Notes under the pieces: model-generated
Seen by the model: only the letters and a program-made list of their open reading frames with translations
What the model was told of the DNA's origin: nothing
Databases searched by the model: none
Virus record (IMG/VR): IMGVR_UViG_3300003154_000789
Span: 1 to 61,330 of that record
DNA from: a virus
Strand: one strand, 5' to 3'
Length of the DNA stretch: 61,330 nucleotides
Part shown: positions 1-11,109 of the stretch, piece after piece
How positions within the stretch are numbered: the stretch's first letter is position 1
How the letters are laid out: each line of letters opens with the position of its first letter
Translations under genes and position numbers: made by a program

Positions 1-131
1 ATACATATAGATAGAGATTATAGATATGTTAAAAATCTTTCTAAATTTAAAGATAGTAGTTTTTCATCAAGAGACAACATAAAAGATGTAGAATATTTAA
101 AAGAATTGTTAAATTTAGGAGGATTTCTTCA

Positions 132-935
132 ATGAAGATATTCGTATTCGGTAGTACTGGCATGTTGGGGACCTATGTAACTAAATATTTTTCTATGCGA
201 GACTATTGTGTTGTTCCTGTAAATAGAAAAAATATAGATATAACAGATATAACAGACAATATATTAATGCATTCCACCATATCTGAAGGTGATGTTGTTA
301 TAAATTGTGCGGGGCTAATAAAACAAAGATCAGGCACCACAGAATATGATTTTATAAAAGTGAACACCATGTTTCCTCACATGCTTGCTAAAGTGTGCAA
401 CTATAAAAAGGCTACTTTGATACATGTTTCTACAGATTGTGTGTTTGATGGGCTTACAGGAGGCTACAATGAGCATTCTTTACATAATGCTACAGATATT
501 TATGGCCGTTCCAAGTCTTTAGGCGAGCCATCTAATGCCACCGTGATAAGAACTTCTATAATAGGTGAGGAGAATAGTAATTTTTTATCACTTCTTGAGT
601 GGGTTAAATCAAAGAAGAATGGTGTGGTAAATGGATTTACAAATCATTTTTGGAATGGGATAACTTGTCTTAAATTTGCCGAAATTTGTGAGTATATTAT
701 TAAACATGATCTATTCTGGTTCTCAGTAAAACATTTGTTCTCTCCAGAAGTGGTTAGTAAATATGAATTAGTTAAACTTATTTCAGATGTTTATGAACTA
801 AACGAGGAAATAATTCCAACAGAATGCCAAAATAAATGTGATAGATCCTTGACAACTGATAGAATGGATATTATATTACCAATTGAAGATTTGAAATCTC
901 AAATTTATAAACTAAAAAAATTTAGTATAAAATAA
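132..935 (+). CDS. dTDP-4-dehydrorhamnose reductase-like SDR (RmlD family)
   Basis: GSTGMLG Rossmann motif, INCAG, STDCVFDG, YGRSK catalytic motif. Confidence 0.85.
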   Translation: MKIFVFGSTGMLGTYVTKYFSMRDYCVVPVNRKNIDITDITDNILMHSTISEGDVVINCAGLIKQRSGTTEYDFIKVNTMFPHMLAKVCNYKKATLIHVSTDCVFDGLTGGYNEHSLHNATDIYGRSKSLGEPSNATVIRTSIIGEENSNFLSLLEWVKSKKNGVVNGFTNHFWNGITCLKFAEICEYIIKHDLFWFSVKHLFSPEVVSKYELVKLISDVYELNEEIIPTECQNKCDRSLTTDRMDIILPIEDLKSQIYKLKKFSIK

Positions 936-957
936 ACAAACCACATTATAATAGATT

Positions 958-1461
958 ATGGGAGAAGTTGTTATGGAATTTGATAATATCAAACTTGTCA
1001 TAAGTGAAGTTGATGGCATCATTACTGAACATCTCACAGCTTTTGGTGAGATGAATACAGTTGTATTTAAGCAATTTTGTATGAAAGACTTTGAAGCTAT
1101 AAACCTTATAAAAAAAGATTGGGGTTTTGTTTTCTTATCTTCAGATGCTAATATTAACCTTTCTCTTTGTAAAAAGAGAAACATACCTTTTTTTCTCGCC
1201 GAACGTAGCAAAAAAGAAGTTTATAATCAAATTTTGCAGAGATATAGTTTAACTCCAGATAATGTGTTATATGTAGGCTGTAGTTACTCTGATATCAATT
1301 GTATAAAAATGTCCGGTGTTTCTATGAGTCCGGAAGATGCGGTACCACAAGTAATAGCTTTGGTGAATCAAGTCATTCCTATTTATGGTGGTACTGGTAT
1401 TTTATGTTATGTTTATGAGATTCTACATGATTTTAAAATAAACAAAGTAAGAGTGAGCTGA
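958..1461 (+). CDS. KdsC/YrbI-like HAD phosphatase (degenerate motifs)
   Basis: IKLVISEVDGIIT, KQFCMKD, YVGCSYSD, GGTG resemble KdsC; motif I first Asp replaced by Glu. Confidence 0.6.
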   Translation: MGEVVMEFDNIKLVISEVDGIITEHLTAFGEMNTVVFKQFCMKDFEAINLIKKDWGFVFLSSDANINLSLCKKRNIPFFLAERSKKEVYNQILQRYSLTPDNVLYVGCSYSDINCIKMSGVSMSPEDAVPQVIALVNQVIPIYGGTGILCYVYEILHDFKINKVRVS

Positions 1462-1489
1462 TTGCTCTTATATAAATATGGAATAAATT

Positions 1490-4399
1490 ATGGATAACAA
1501 TTCTTATACTAAATTACTTATTCATGGTAATAAAGATATAGGTATAATCGATAGTGCCAATAACCAAGCGGTTCGAGTATATGGAAATGCGAGGATAGCC
1601 AACAGTCATAGACTTATTTCTCCTTATGGTAATGTTCAAATAAAAACAGATCAATATGTTTTTGGTGGTTCTTCTGGATACTTTGATGGTTCTGGAGATT
1701 ATTTATACTTGGCGGATTCTGAAGATTGGAATTTTGGAGCGGGGGATTTTTCAATAGACGTTTGGTATAGAACTACTAAATTGACTTTAGGTAGTGAATG
1801 GCCTGGGCTATTAACTCATAGATATGGCTGGACTAATAATCATTCTTGGTCTTTAGGTCCTGATCAGAATAATAGTGGTTTTGATTTTAACTGGTCTATT
1901 AATGGATCTACTGGAGCAAGTGTTATTTACACAATGTCTTTATCGTTAAATACTTGGTATTATATTACTGTTTGTAGACAAGGCTCAAAATTGTTTTTTG
2001 GTGTAAATGGTGTTGTTAGAGAATTAGTAACATCTGCATCGGCATATTATAATAGTACTACTAATTTATCTATAGGACGACTTGATACTAGTGGTGGACA
2101 TTATCTTAATGGTTATGTAGATGAGCTAAGAATTTCAAAAGGTATTTGTAGATACACTTCTAATTTTACTCCACCAACAGTACCACATATTCCAGATGAT
2201 TATACTGTACTTCTTATTCATTTTGATGGTACAAATGGCTCCACTTCTTTCTATGATTATAGTTTATGGCGGCCTAATTTTAATGATTCTATACTTTTTG
2301 ACGGAGTAGGAGATTGTATACGTCCTTATAATAGCTCAAACTTTACATTTGGATTAGAAGATTTTACAATAGATTTTTGGGTATATTTAGTAAATGGCGG
2401 ACATAATGGTCAGTCGTGGGGAAGAATTTTTGAAACAGAAAGCTTTCCTAATAATGGTGGTATAGCACTTGTTTGTGAAAACTTGGTAAATCCAGCTAGG
2501 TTATTACTTCATAAGTCAGATGGAACACCCATGATTTATACTGACACAGCATTAACAAATAATATGTGGTATCATATAGCCGTCATCAGATATAATGGTG
2601 CAATTAAACTTTATGTAAATGGAGTAGCTCAAACCACAGTGTATTATACACCATTAGAAATAACCACCACTAACATGTCTATTGGTGCTAATCTAAGCCT
2701 AGGAGAGAGCTTTTATGGGTTGATTGATGAGTTTAGAGTATCGAAGGACATAGCTAGATGGAAGGATAATTTTTCGGTTCCAGATTCTGAGCATTCTATT
2801 GATGTATATGAAAACAAAAAACGAAATATATGGGCTAGAGCTCCTTATATTTATAAGGCTACCGCTTCTGGTGTTGATATATTTGACATTGAAACCGCAT
2901 CATTGTTAAATAATATTTATTTTTTAGATGGAGCAAATTCTGTTTGGGCAAATGACGATTATGTTTACATAGGAACTTCTACTTCTGGTATATATAGATG
3001 TCCAGTAAATTCTATAGATAGTAGTCCATATTTTGAAGAATATAAAAGTTATCCAAATATAACTGATAACCATGTCAATTATCTACATGGTAAGGGAGAT
3101 TACTTATGTGCGGCCACAAGTTCTGGAGTAGACCGATATAGATTGTCTGATGAAGATAGAAAATATGTAATCAAAGATAATGTAACAAAGTGTTTTCAAA
3201 CATCAAATGGTGACTATTATTATATAGCAAATATCTTTTCAAGTATAGTTGATTTGGACGATAATATTTTTAAATGGGATTACTGTAGAGTAGTAGAACT
3301 TTCCACATCTATTCCAGAAGATGATTATCAATTTAGCTTTACTATACCAATTACACAACCAGATGATATATATATGCAAACTAAAGAACTTGGCTCTGAT
3401 ATCAGAATAATAGATGATAAAGGAATATCAGTGCCTTATTATATTGAGTTATGGGATAATAGTTCTCCTCCAAAAATCTGGACAAAATTGTCTAAGGACA
3501 CTAATAAATTTTATATTATTTATGGCAATTCAAACGTTTCTGCTATGTCTAGTATTAAAAACACATACAGATTGTTTGATGATTTTGATACCTCAGCGCT
3601 ATCAAATAATTGGATATTTGATAATGGAAATTACTCTGGTAATACATATTATATATCAGATGGTATCATTAGCCTTGTCACCTCTGATAATAATTATCCA
3701 TTAGCATTGTTAAGTTGGAAGTTATTCCGTAATTCTAAAGTTGAGTATAGATTTAGAAGAACCTCTTCGTCTTATTCTGATGACCTAGACTTTCAAGCTG
3801 GTTTTGTAGGCGGAACAATGACATATATTGGTAGCGCAAATAATAACGTAGATGAATTTCCACATTTTTTGGAATCTGCTTCAAGTTCTGGAACAGTATA
3901 TGGCACAAAACTGGCTAGCACTTCTTTTAAGATACATACTTTTGGCGCAACTATTAATAATCAAATGTCAAATTATGATGGAGAAACATTAACCTCATCT
4001 GGTACATTAAATAATGATATTTATAGACAGTTAAAATTTACATATAATAATGGATATGCTGAACCTAGAATAGATATTGACTGGGTTAAGGTAAGTAGTT
4101 ATGATCTTTTTCCTCCGTCATGTGTTGTAGGTAGAGGACAAAAAATTAATGACGTATTTACTGGTGTATCTGAATTATGTGTTGTATATAATGATGGTAA
4201 TGGATATACATATAGCGCTGAACAATATGGTTTATTAGAATCGGGTTGTATTTATGATATTTATATTACAGAGAATACCTCAAAATATGAAGGTGGGAAT
4301 GTTATATTTTTAGCTACATCCTGGGGAGCCAGAATTATAGAAGAGAAACGAGGAGAGGAGATTAACGGAGAGAAAAGAACTTATCTTATATCATCTTGA
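1490..4399 (+). CDS. LamG/concanavalin-like domain virion or tail-associated protein, DUF2341-like region
   Basis: Two LamG repeats (FDGSGDY...DFSIDVW...GYVDELRISKG; FDGVGD...DFTIDFW...GLIDEFRVSK) and GSDIRIID...YYIELW...IIYGN. Confidence 0.7.
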   Translation: MDNNSYTKLLIHGNKDIGIIDSANNQAVRVYGNARIANSHRLISPYGNVQIKTDQYVFGGSSGYFDGSGDYLYLADSEDWNFGAGDFSIDVWYRTTKLTLGSEWPGLLTHRYGWTNNHSWSLGPDQNNSGFDFNWSINGSTGASVIYTMSLSLNTWYYITVCRQGSKLFFGVNGVVRELVTSASAYYNSTTNLSIGRLDTSGGHYLNGYVDELRISKGICRYTSNFTPPTVPHIPDDYTVLLIHFDGTNGSTSFYDYSLWRPNFNDSILFDGVGDCIRPYNSSNFTFGLEDFTIDFWVYLVNGGHNGQSWGRIFETESFPNNGGIALVCENLVNPARLLLHKSDGTPMIYTDTALTNNMWYHIAVIRYNGAIKLYVNGVAQTTVYYTPLEITTTNMSIGANLSLGESFYGLIDEFRVSKDIARWKDNFSVPDSEHSIDVYENKKRNIWARAPYIYKATASGVDIFDIETASLLNNIYFLDGANSVWANDDYVYIGTSTSGIYRCPVNSIDSSPYFEEYKSYPNITDNHVNYLHGKGDYLCAATSSGVDRYRLSDEDRKYVIKDNVTKCFQTSNGDYYYIANIFSSIVDLDDNIFKWDYCRVVELSTSIPEDDYQFSFTIPITQPDDIYMQTKELGSDIRIIDDKGISVPYYIELWDNSSPPKIWTKLSKDTNKFYIIYGNSNVSAMSSIKNTYRLFDDFDTSALSNNWIFDNGNYSGNTYYISDGIISLVTSDNNYPLALLSWKLFRNSKVEYRFRRTSSSYSDDLDFQAGFVGGTMTYIGSANNNVDEFPHFLESASSSGTVYGTKLASTSFKIHTFGATINNQMSNYDGETLTSSGTLNNDIYRQLKFTYNNGYAEPRIDIDWVKVSSYDLFPPSCVVGRGQKINDVFTGVSELCVVYNDGNGYTYSAEQYGLLESGCIYDIYITENTSKYEGGNVIFLATSWGARIIEEKRGEEINGEKRTYLISS

Positions 4400-4446
4400 T
4401 ATGTAAAATGTAGTGCTTTTGGAAAAGGATTGGAGGTGTATAACAA

Positions 4447-5532
4447 ATGATTATCAGACGTGAGACTAAAATGGGCTCAAATGACCTTAATGTTATTTAT
4501 CGCCCATGCAAAGTAGATGAACTTGTAGGTAATGAAATTAATAAAAAAATTATTAAAAACTCATTAGACACTAATTTAGTACCACATACTCAATTGTTTA
4601 CTGGAGATGCTGGTTGTGGTAAAACTACAGCAGCTAAGATAGTTGCTTTAGGATTGAATTGTGAAGTTAATGGCGTAAGTTCTAATCCATGCCTTCAATG
4701 TAATTCCTGCAAAACAATTCTAGAAGGAAATAATATTGATGTAAAAGAAATTAATGTAGGTCAAACTGGCGGAAAAGATTATGTTGATGCTATAGTTAGA
4801 GATCTTCCTATGGCCCCCTTTAGTTCAAGATACAAAGTATTTATATTTGATGAAGCTCATAAACTTACAACGGCTGCAAAAGATCTTCTTTTAAAACCAT
4901 TAGAGCAAGGGTATGATCATATTTATTTTATATTTTGTACAAATCAACCTGAAGAATTAAAAAGTAAAGTAAAAGAAACCGGTGAACCATTTTTAAGACG
5001 CTGTTTCTCTTTGAAATTTAAAAGAATTCCTCAACAGACCATGAAGGATCTTTTACAAAATGTTTGTGAATTTGAAGGCTTTCAGTTTAATTCAGATGTT
5101 ATAGATTTAATAGCAAATGAAGTTAATGGTGCCCCCGGCCAAGCTCTTGTTTGGTTAAGTCAAATAGCGGCTGAAGGTTCTTGGAATTTGGACGTAGCAA
5201 AAGAAATTTGTGAAGTTGGTCTTGATAATATTGAGCAAGAGGTTATAGAACTATTCAAAACTTTAAATGCTGGAAACTTTAAAGAATCTGTAAATGTTTT
5301 TAGTAAAATAAAAAACACTCAGATAGAAAGCATGCGTATAAGTATAGCTGGTCTTTTTGTGAGTTGTTTAAAAAAGGCTAAAAAGGTAGGAGATGGTCGC
5401 AAATATTCTAAAGTATTAGACGTGATAACAATGCCCATATACGATCCAGGCAAATTGGCCGAACATAAATGGTATAATTATATGTTTAAAATTTCGGATA
5501 TTATTGCAGAAGCAAATAGGAAGGGGGCATGA
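4447..5532 (+). CDS. dnaX: Clamp loader, DNA polymerase III gamma/tau-like AAA+ ATPase
   Basis: YRP start, Walker A GDAGCGKTT, Zn module C..PCLQCNSC, Walker B DEAH. Confidence 0.85.
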   Translation: MIIRRETKMGSNDLNVIYRPCKVDELVGNEINKKIIKNSLDTNLVPHTQLFTGDAGCGKTTAAKIVALGLNCEVNGVSSNPCLQCNSCKTILEGNNIDVKEINVGQTGGKDYVDAIVRDLPMAPFSSRYKVFIFDEAHKLTTAAKDLLLKPLEQGYDHIYFIFCTNQPEELKSKVKETGEPFLRRCFSLKFKRIPQQTMKDLLQNVCEFEGFQFNSDVIDLIANEVNGAPGQALVWLSQIAAEGSWNLDVAKEICEVGLDNIEQEVIELFKTLNAGNFKESVNVFSKIKNTQIESMRISIAGLFVSCLKKAKKVGDGRKYSKVLDVITMPIYDPGKLAEHKWYNYMFKISDIIAEANRKGA

Positions 5533-7454
5533 CATCTATAGTAGAACAAAATCAAGTTGGATTACCAAAGCCCAATTATACATACGTAACTGATGAAGCT
5601 GGGGCAAGAGAGGCCATGTCTTTTTTGGATAAATACCCAGTTCATGCAGTCGATACAGAAACCACAGCTTTAGATCCATATGAAGCTAAGTGGACTCTTC
5701 TTCAAATAGGGGTGCCAGAAAAATCTTTTGTTTTTGATGTTAGATATGATACTGAACATAGTAGTCTACATCCTGAAGTATTAGATCCTTTATTAAATGA
5801 TCCTTCTAAATTACATATATTACAGAATGCATCTTACGATATGAAAATTATAAAGCGAAATAGAGGATTTTACTTACCAAATATATACGATACGATGCTG
5901 GTAGAACAACTATCCACACTTGGATTAGCCTTCACTAAGGCTAGTTTAGCAGCTTTAGTTTTACGCCACTTGGGACTTTATATGCCAAAAGAACCAAGAA
6001 ATACATTTACAGATTATGGGCAAAAATATGAGCCATTTCAGTTGGAATACGCAGCAAATGATGTCGTTCCACTACATCTTATTAGAGATCTTCAATGGAC
6101 CAGAATTAAAAAAGAAAATTTAGAAAATGCCGCTAGACTTGAGTTTGAATTTATTAAGCCACTATGTGAAATGGAATTGAATGGTATTCATATAGATACT
6201 GATAAATGGCGTATTATAATGACGGATGTAGAGAAGGAAAGAGTAGAAGTAGGCGGGATTATAAGAGAAATCTTATCAGAAGTAGAAGATCAGAATACTT
6301 TGTTTGGAGTATCTTTAGTAAATATTGATAGTAATGCCCAACTAAAGAGAGCTTTGAATAGATATGGTTTACCTATAGAAAAAACTGATGTTAGTGCTTT
6401 AGAGAAACATGCAGGACTTCCTGTTATAGATGCTATTTTAGATTATAGAAAAGCCAACAAATTGATAAGCACTTATGCTGAAACCCTGTTAGCCAAGATT
6501 AGTAAATATACTGGCAGACTTCATACCGATTTTAGACAGATGGTAAGCACTGGGCGTATGAGTAGTTCAAACCCTAATCTACAGAACATTCCAAAGAAAC
6601 AAAAGTATAGATCATGTTTTGTAGCTGCTCCAGGTTATAGGTTATTAACGGCAGATATGTCAGGTGCTGAACTCAGAATTCTTGGAAATCTATCACAAGA
6701 TCCTGTGTTTGTAGATGCATATTCCACAGGTCAAGATTTACACACAAGAACAGCTTCTGAGATTTTTGATGTAGCATATGACAGAGTAGAAAAGCATATG
6801 AGAAATGCAGCAAAGGCTATTAACTTTGGTCTCTGTTATGGTATGTCTCCTGTAGGCTTGTCTAAAAGATTAAAGATTACAAAAAAAGAAGCAGAAGTCA
6901 TGATCAATAAGTATTTTAATAGATATCGCGGGATCAAAAGATATCTGGATAAAGCTGGACAAGATGCGGTTAGAAATAGATATAGTGTCACCGCTAGTGG
7001 TAGAAGACGTTATTATAATATGCCAGCCTTTGATCATCCAGATAGAAAAATCATTCAGGGTTCTATAGAACGCCAAGGAATGAATGCTGGTATTCAGGGT
7101 AGTAATGCTGATACGATTAAAGAGTCCATGATTCTTTTGACTCAGCGTCTTGAAGGATATGACGCTCGTCTACTTCTTACTGTACATGACGAGGTAGTAG
7201 TAGAAGCCAGAGAGGATATCGTGAATGAAATAGCACCAATAGTTTCCCAATCTTTGATAGATGGTTTTGGTAAGTATTTCAGTTTAATTCCTATGGAAAG
7301 TTCCACGCTTGTTGGACCTTGTTGGTTAAAGGGAGCTTGTGAAGAACGCTTACCAAGTGGAAAGAAATGTGATAATTTAGAAATGAAATTTGTTGAGGAC
7401 AGTAAATATGGTTCTAAGTTAGTTTGTGCTAAATGTGGAGCATCTCAAGAATAA
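5529..7454 (+). CDS. polA: Family A DNA polymerase with 3'-5' exonuclease
   Basis: Exo DTET and YAAND; TGRMSSSNPNLQNIP, ADMSGAELRI, AKAINFGLCYG, VHDE. Confidence 0.95.
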   Translation: MTSIVEQNQVGLPKPNYTYVTDEAGAREAMSFLDKYPVHAVDTETTALDPYEAKWTLLQIGVPEKSFVFDVRYDTEHSSLHPEVLDPLLNDPSKLHILQNASYDMKIIKRNRGFYLPNIYDTMLVEQLSTLGLAFTKASLAALVLRHLGLYMPKEPRNTFTDYGQKYEPFQLEYAANDVVPLHLIRDLQWTRIKKENLENAARLEFEFIKPLCEMELNGIHIDTDKWRIIMTDVEKERVEVGGIIREILSEVEDQNTLFGVSLVNIDSNAQLKRALNRYGLPIEKTDVSALEKHAGLPVIDAILDYRKANKLISTYAETLLAKISKYTGRLHTDFRQMVSTGRMSSSNPNLQNIPKKQKYRSCFVAAPGYRLLTADMSGAELRILGNLSQDPVFVDAYSTGQDLHTRTASEIFDVAYDRVEKHMRNAAKAINFGLCYGMSPVGLSKRLKITKKEAEVMINKYFNRYRGIKRYLDKAGQDAVRNRYSVTASGRRRYYNMPAFDHPDRKIIQGSIERQGMNAGIQGSNADTIKESMILLTQRLEGYDARLLLTVHDEVVVEAREDIVNEIAPIVSQSLIDGFGKYFSLIPMESSTLVGPCWLKGACEERLPSGKKCDNLEMKFVEDSKYGSKLVCAKCGASQE

Positions 7455-7477
7455 CATAAAATTAAGGAGAAAATTAG

Positions 7478-7921
7478 ATGTTAGCAAATGGATTAAAAAT
7501 TTTTTATACTAAGATACATAAAGACGCAGTTGTTCCAGTGTATGAGAAGCTGGATGACGCAGCATGTAGTTTAAGAGTAATTGAAGATTACACAGTTCAT
7601 CCAGGTAAAAGAATTTTAGCTAAGACAGGACTAAAGATAGCGATACCAGAAGGTTTTGAGGCACAGGTTAGACCACGTAGTGGTAATGCTTGGAAGAAAG
7701 GGCTTACTGTTTTAAATAGCCCAGGCACTATCGATGCTGGATATAGGGGCGAAATTATGATAATTCTCATTAATCTAGGAGATGAGGATATTCTTATTAA
7801 AAAGGGAGACGCTGTTGCTCAAATGAAATTTTCACCAGTTTATACTGGTTATTTTATGGAGACTGATAACTTAGGTTCAACACAACGTGGAATAGGTGGT
7901 ATTGGCTCTACTGGTCATTAA
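7478..7921 (+). CDS. dut: dUTPase
   Basis: RPRSG, GTIDAGYRGEI, RGIGGIGSTG. Confidence 0.95.
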   Translation: MLANGLKIFYTKIHKDAVVPVYEKLDDAACSLRVIEDYTVHPGKRILAKTGLKIAIPEGFEAQVRPRSGNAWKKGLTVLNSPGTIDAGYRGEIMIILINLGDEDILIKKGDAVAQMKFSPVYTGYFMETDNLGSTQRGIGGIGSTGH

Positions 7922-7937
7922 GGAGGATTACACATAT

Positions 7938-10469
7938 ATGTTTATAGACCCTTTTCAGGAAAAAATATGGAAGGATAAATATCAATATAATGATGAAACC
8001 TATGAGGGATTTTGTCATAGAATATCTGACAATGTTTTTTCATTAGAGAAAGAAAAAAAGAAAAAACTTTTCGATCTATTAGTTGATTTTAAAGTTATGT
8101 TTGGTGGGCGAATCAATTCAAATATAGGCGTCTCAGAACAAGGTTTAACTTTGTTCAATTGTTTTATAGAGGCTATTTCAAAAAATCCAGACTCTTTGGA
8201 AGGTATTATGGATATGGTGACAAAGTATGCCATAACCTTAAAGACGGAGGGCGGTGTAGGTTTCTGTGCTAATTTTTTGAGACCAGCTAAAACAGTCATA
8301 AGAAAAATAGGAGTGACCACACCCGGTGCAATTAAGTTTTTAGAGATATTTGATAAAGTATCTGAAGTAATTACTTCGGGAAGTGTTGATAAAGATGATA
8401 GTTATCAAGGAGTTCCTTCAAAAAATAGTATACGTAAAGGAGCTACTATGGTAACGCTAAATATAAATCATCCTGATATAGAAGAATTTATTACTGCTAA
8501 ATCTATTCCTAATAAACTTACTAAAATGAATATGTCTGTACTGATTACAGATGCTTTTATGTATGCTGTCAGTAATGATTTAGATTGGGATCTCTGGTTT
8601 CCTGATATCAATTTCGAAAAATATGATGATGAGTGGGATGGTAATTTTGAAGCCTGGGCTGAAAAAGGATACCCATATGTTGTATATAAGAAAATAAGAG
8701 CACAAGAATTATGGGAACTTCTACTTAAGAATTTACACAATAGAAATGAACCGGGAATTTTATTCATTGATAATGTAAGAAAGATGGATAATTTGCACTA
8801 TCTTGACGGAGGTGCTATAACGGCTACTAATCCTTGTGGAGAAGTGCCAGGTAATACAGGGATAGTTAAGTATAATGGTGAGCTAGTTCAGTTGGGTGAT
8901 GTTTGTAATTTAGGTTCCATTAATCTAACTAAGTTTTATGATATAAAAGAAAATCGTTTTTGTGTGAAAGAATTTAAAGAAGCGATTGATATAATGGTTC
9001 ATTCTTTAGATAATATTATTGAAATATCTAATTATCCATTGGTTATGTATGAACAAGCATCAAAACTTAAAAGAAAAATTGGCATAGGACTCATGGGTGT
9101 AGGCTCTTTAATGATGATGATGAATCTTCGTTATGGAGGCGAGGAATGTTTAGATGTTCTCGATACCATTCTTAAAGAATTTATGAATCAGGCTTATGAA
9201 AGTTCTGCACTATTAGCTGCAGAAAAAGGACCGTTTCCTTTGTGGGATGCTAAAGCACTTGAAGGTGGTTTTCTAAATAGTGGAGAAGTTCTTAAACCAG
9301 CAGTATTAAAACTTATAGAAAAACATGGTTTAAGAAATTCTGCTGTTTCAGCTATAGCCCCAAATGGTACCCTTTCTATTGTTGCTGGAAATATTTCCGG
9401 TGGCTTAGAGCCTGTATATGCTAAAGAGTTTACTAGATGGAACAGAGTGGAGGGTAGACAAGTAGATTTTGAATATCCCAATATACATAAGGGTGAATGG
9501 TTTGAAACAAATTATTTTAAAGAACAACAAGTTGCTGATGAATCTATATTAGTGTCTAAAGATGGGGAATATCGTATAGATAAGAATAGTGGTTTGTGTA
9601 AGAAAACTACCATTAAAGACTATGGTTACAATCTTGCATTGGAAAATGGAAATACAGAATTGGCTGGTGCTAAAGATTTGACAGTTGAAGAACATCTTTC
9701 GGTATTGAAAGTATTTGCTAAATATATAGATCAGTCTTGTAGTAAGACCATAAATTTACCATCAGATTTGAGTTTTGAAGATTTTAAAGTGCTGTATGGT
9801 AAGATTTATAGCTATGGTATAAAAGGATGTACTACATATAGAGATGGGACTTCAGTTGCTGTACTTGAAACACAGAAGAAAGAACAAGAAAAATCTGTCA
9901 AACAGCAGCAAAAAGAATTTCTAGAGATGTTTAAGGGGCAAGAAAATGGCGACATTGTGTTTGAAAATGTAGAACTTCCAGACGAGTACCCAGCTAAAGG
10001 TTATATTCTTAAAACAGAAAATAAGAAGTGGTATTTAAGTGTAGCCTTTAAAGATAAAGCCTGTACCAGACCATTTGCTATATTTGTTAATACAAATAAT
10101 AAAGAAGATAATATAGTTACATTCAATACTTTGGATGTTTTGGAAGCTGTGGCTATTTCTAATGGGCTAAAGAGCGAGTTTATAGAAGAAACAAAAAGAA
10201 AATGTGCCTATCAAAAGAACCCGGTAAAGGTTTGTAGGATGTTAGGTCTTCTTTTAAGACATAATGTGTCTATATATGCTATCGTAAAAGGATTGGATAC
10301 AGTAGAAGAAGCTATTCCCGGTACATTTATATTTAGAATAAAGAAATTTCTTTCTCAGTTCATAACCAAAATTACTGAGCCTACATTGTGTCCTGAGTGC
10401 GGAGAAAAGACCATCGTTTTTGAATCTGGTTGCTACATATGTAAAAATTGTGGGAATACAAAATGCTAG
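7938..10469 (+). CDS. nrdJ: Class II (AdoCbl-dependent) ribonucleotide reductase
   Basis: LFNCF, RKGATM, TNPCGE, CNLGSINL, IAPNGT, SKTINLP, C-terminal CPECG..CYICKNCG; AGGAGG upstream; no beta-subunit gene adjacent. Confidence 0.9.
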   Translation: MFIDPFQEKIWKDKYQYNDETYEGFCHRISDNVFSLEKEKKKKLFDLLVDFKVMFGGRINSNIGVSEQGLTLFNCFIEAISKNPDSLEGIMDMVTKYAITLKTEGGVGFCANFLRPAKTVIRKIGVTTPGAIKFLEIFDKVSEVITSGSVDKDDSYQGVPSKNSIRKGATMVTLNINHPDIEEFITAKSIPNKLTKMNMSVLITDAFMYAVSNDLDWDLWFPDINFEKYDDEWDGNFEAWAEKGYPYVVYKKIRAQELWELLLKNLHNRNEPGILFIDNVRKMDNLHYLDGGAITATNPCGEVPGNTGIVKYNGELVQLGDVCNLGSINLTKFYDIKENRFCVKEFKEAIDIMVHSLDNIIEISNYPLVMYEQASKLKRKIGIGLMGVGSLMMMMNLRYGGEECLDVLDTILKEFMNQAYESSALLAAEKGPFPLWDAKALEGGFLNSGEVLKPAVLKLIEKHGLRNSAVSAIAPNGTLSIVAGNISGGLEPVYAKEFTRWNRVEGRQVDFEYPNIHKGEWFETNYFKEQQVADESILVSKDGEYRIDKNSGLCKKTTIKDYGYNLALENGNTELAGAKDLTVEEHLSVLKVFAKYIDQSCSKTINLPSDLSFEDFKVLYGKIYSYGIKGCTTYRDGTSVAVLETQKKEQEKSVKQQQKEFLEMFKGQENGDIVFENVELPDEYPAKGYILKTENKKWYLSVAFKDKACTRPFAIFVNTNNKEDNIVTFNTLDVLEAVAISNGLKSEFIEETKRKCAYQKNPVKVCRMLGLLLRHNVSIYAIVKGLDTVEEAIPGTFIFRIKKFLSQFITKITEPTLCPECGEKTIVFESGCYICKNCGNTKC

Positions 10470-10479
10470 GAGGAATATA

Positions 10480-11076
10480 ATGAGACTAGGCTTTGATCTT
10501 GATGAAGTGGTTGTTGATTTAACTTCTGAATTTGAAAAATATTTAGAGAGCACTTATGGTATAGAGTGGCCTATAAATTGCTTTGTTCACTATGATATGG
10601 TAAAATGCATATTTGATTCTGATGAAGACTTCAATGCCAGAATCGTAGATGATATGCTAAGAATTGCTAATGATGTAGATTTTCAATTTCAGGCTAAGCC
10701 AGTGGAGGGAGCGGTGGAGGTCTTGCATAAACTTAAAAGGGCGGGGCACAAATTATTTTTTATAACCTCTAGACCTAAGAGGAACCAACCAATGACTTAT
10801 AAATGGCTAAGACAAAATGATGTGCCTTTCGATAATTTATCTGTTGTAGGACACAATGCCCCTAAAGGTCCTTGTGGGAGTAGATACAAACTTGACATGT
10901 ATGTCGATGATTTACATAAACATCTAGAGTCAATGTGGATTTATAAAAAACGTTGGCGTAAAGGTCTTCTCCTATTAGATAAACCATGGAATGAAAATTA
11001 TATAGATGGTAGTAGATTTAGTAGAGTCAAAGATTGGCAAGAAATATTAAGACATGTTGGAATTCAAAATCGATAG
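10480..11076 (+). CDS. 5'(3')-deoxyribonucleotidase-like HAD protein
   Basis: DLDEVV, ITSR, YVDD, DKPWN, RVKDW. Confidence 0.8.
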   Translation: MRLGFDLDEVVVDLTSEFEKYLESTYGIEWPINCFVHYDMVKCIFDSDEDFNARIVDDMLRIANDVDFQFQAKPVEGAVEVLHKLKRAGHKLFFITSRPKRNQPMTYKWLRQNDVPFDNLSVVGHNAPKGPCGSRYKLDMYVDDLHKHLESMWIYKKRWRKGLLLLDKPWNENYIDGSRFSRVKDWQEILRHVGIQNR

Positions 11077-11081
11077 GCGAC

Positions 11082-11109
11082 TTGACAAAGTGGTTTTGTG
11101 TATTATCTT
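11082..11109 (+). promoter_or_regulatory. sigma70-type promoter
   Basis: TTGACA-16 bp-TATCTT; member of a repeated motif family. Confidence 0.7.

Noticed and set aside
5529-10469. Introns or inteins in polA/nrdJ
   Set aside because: Both ORFs are continuous, of expected length, with no intein motifs.
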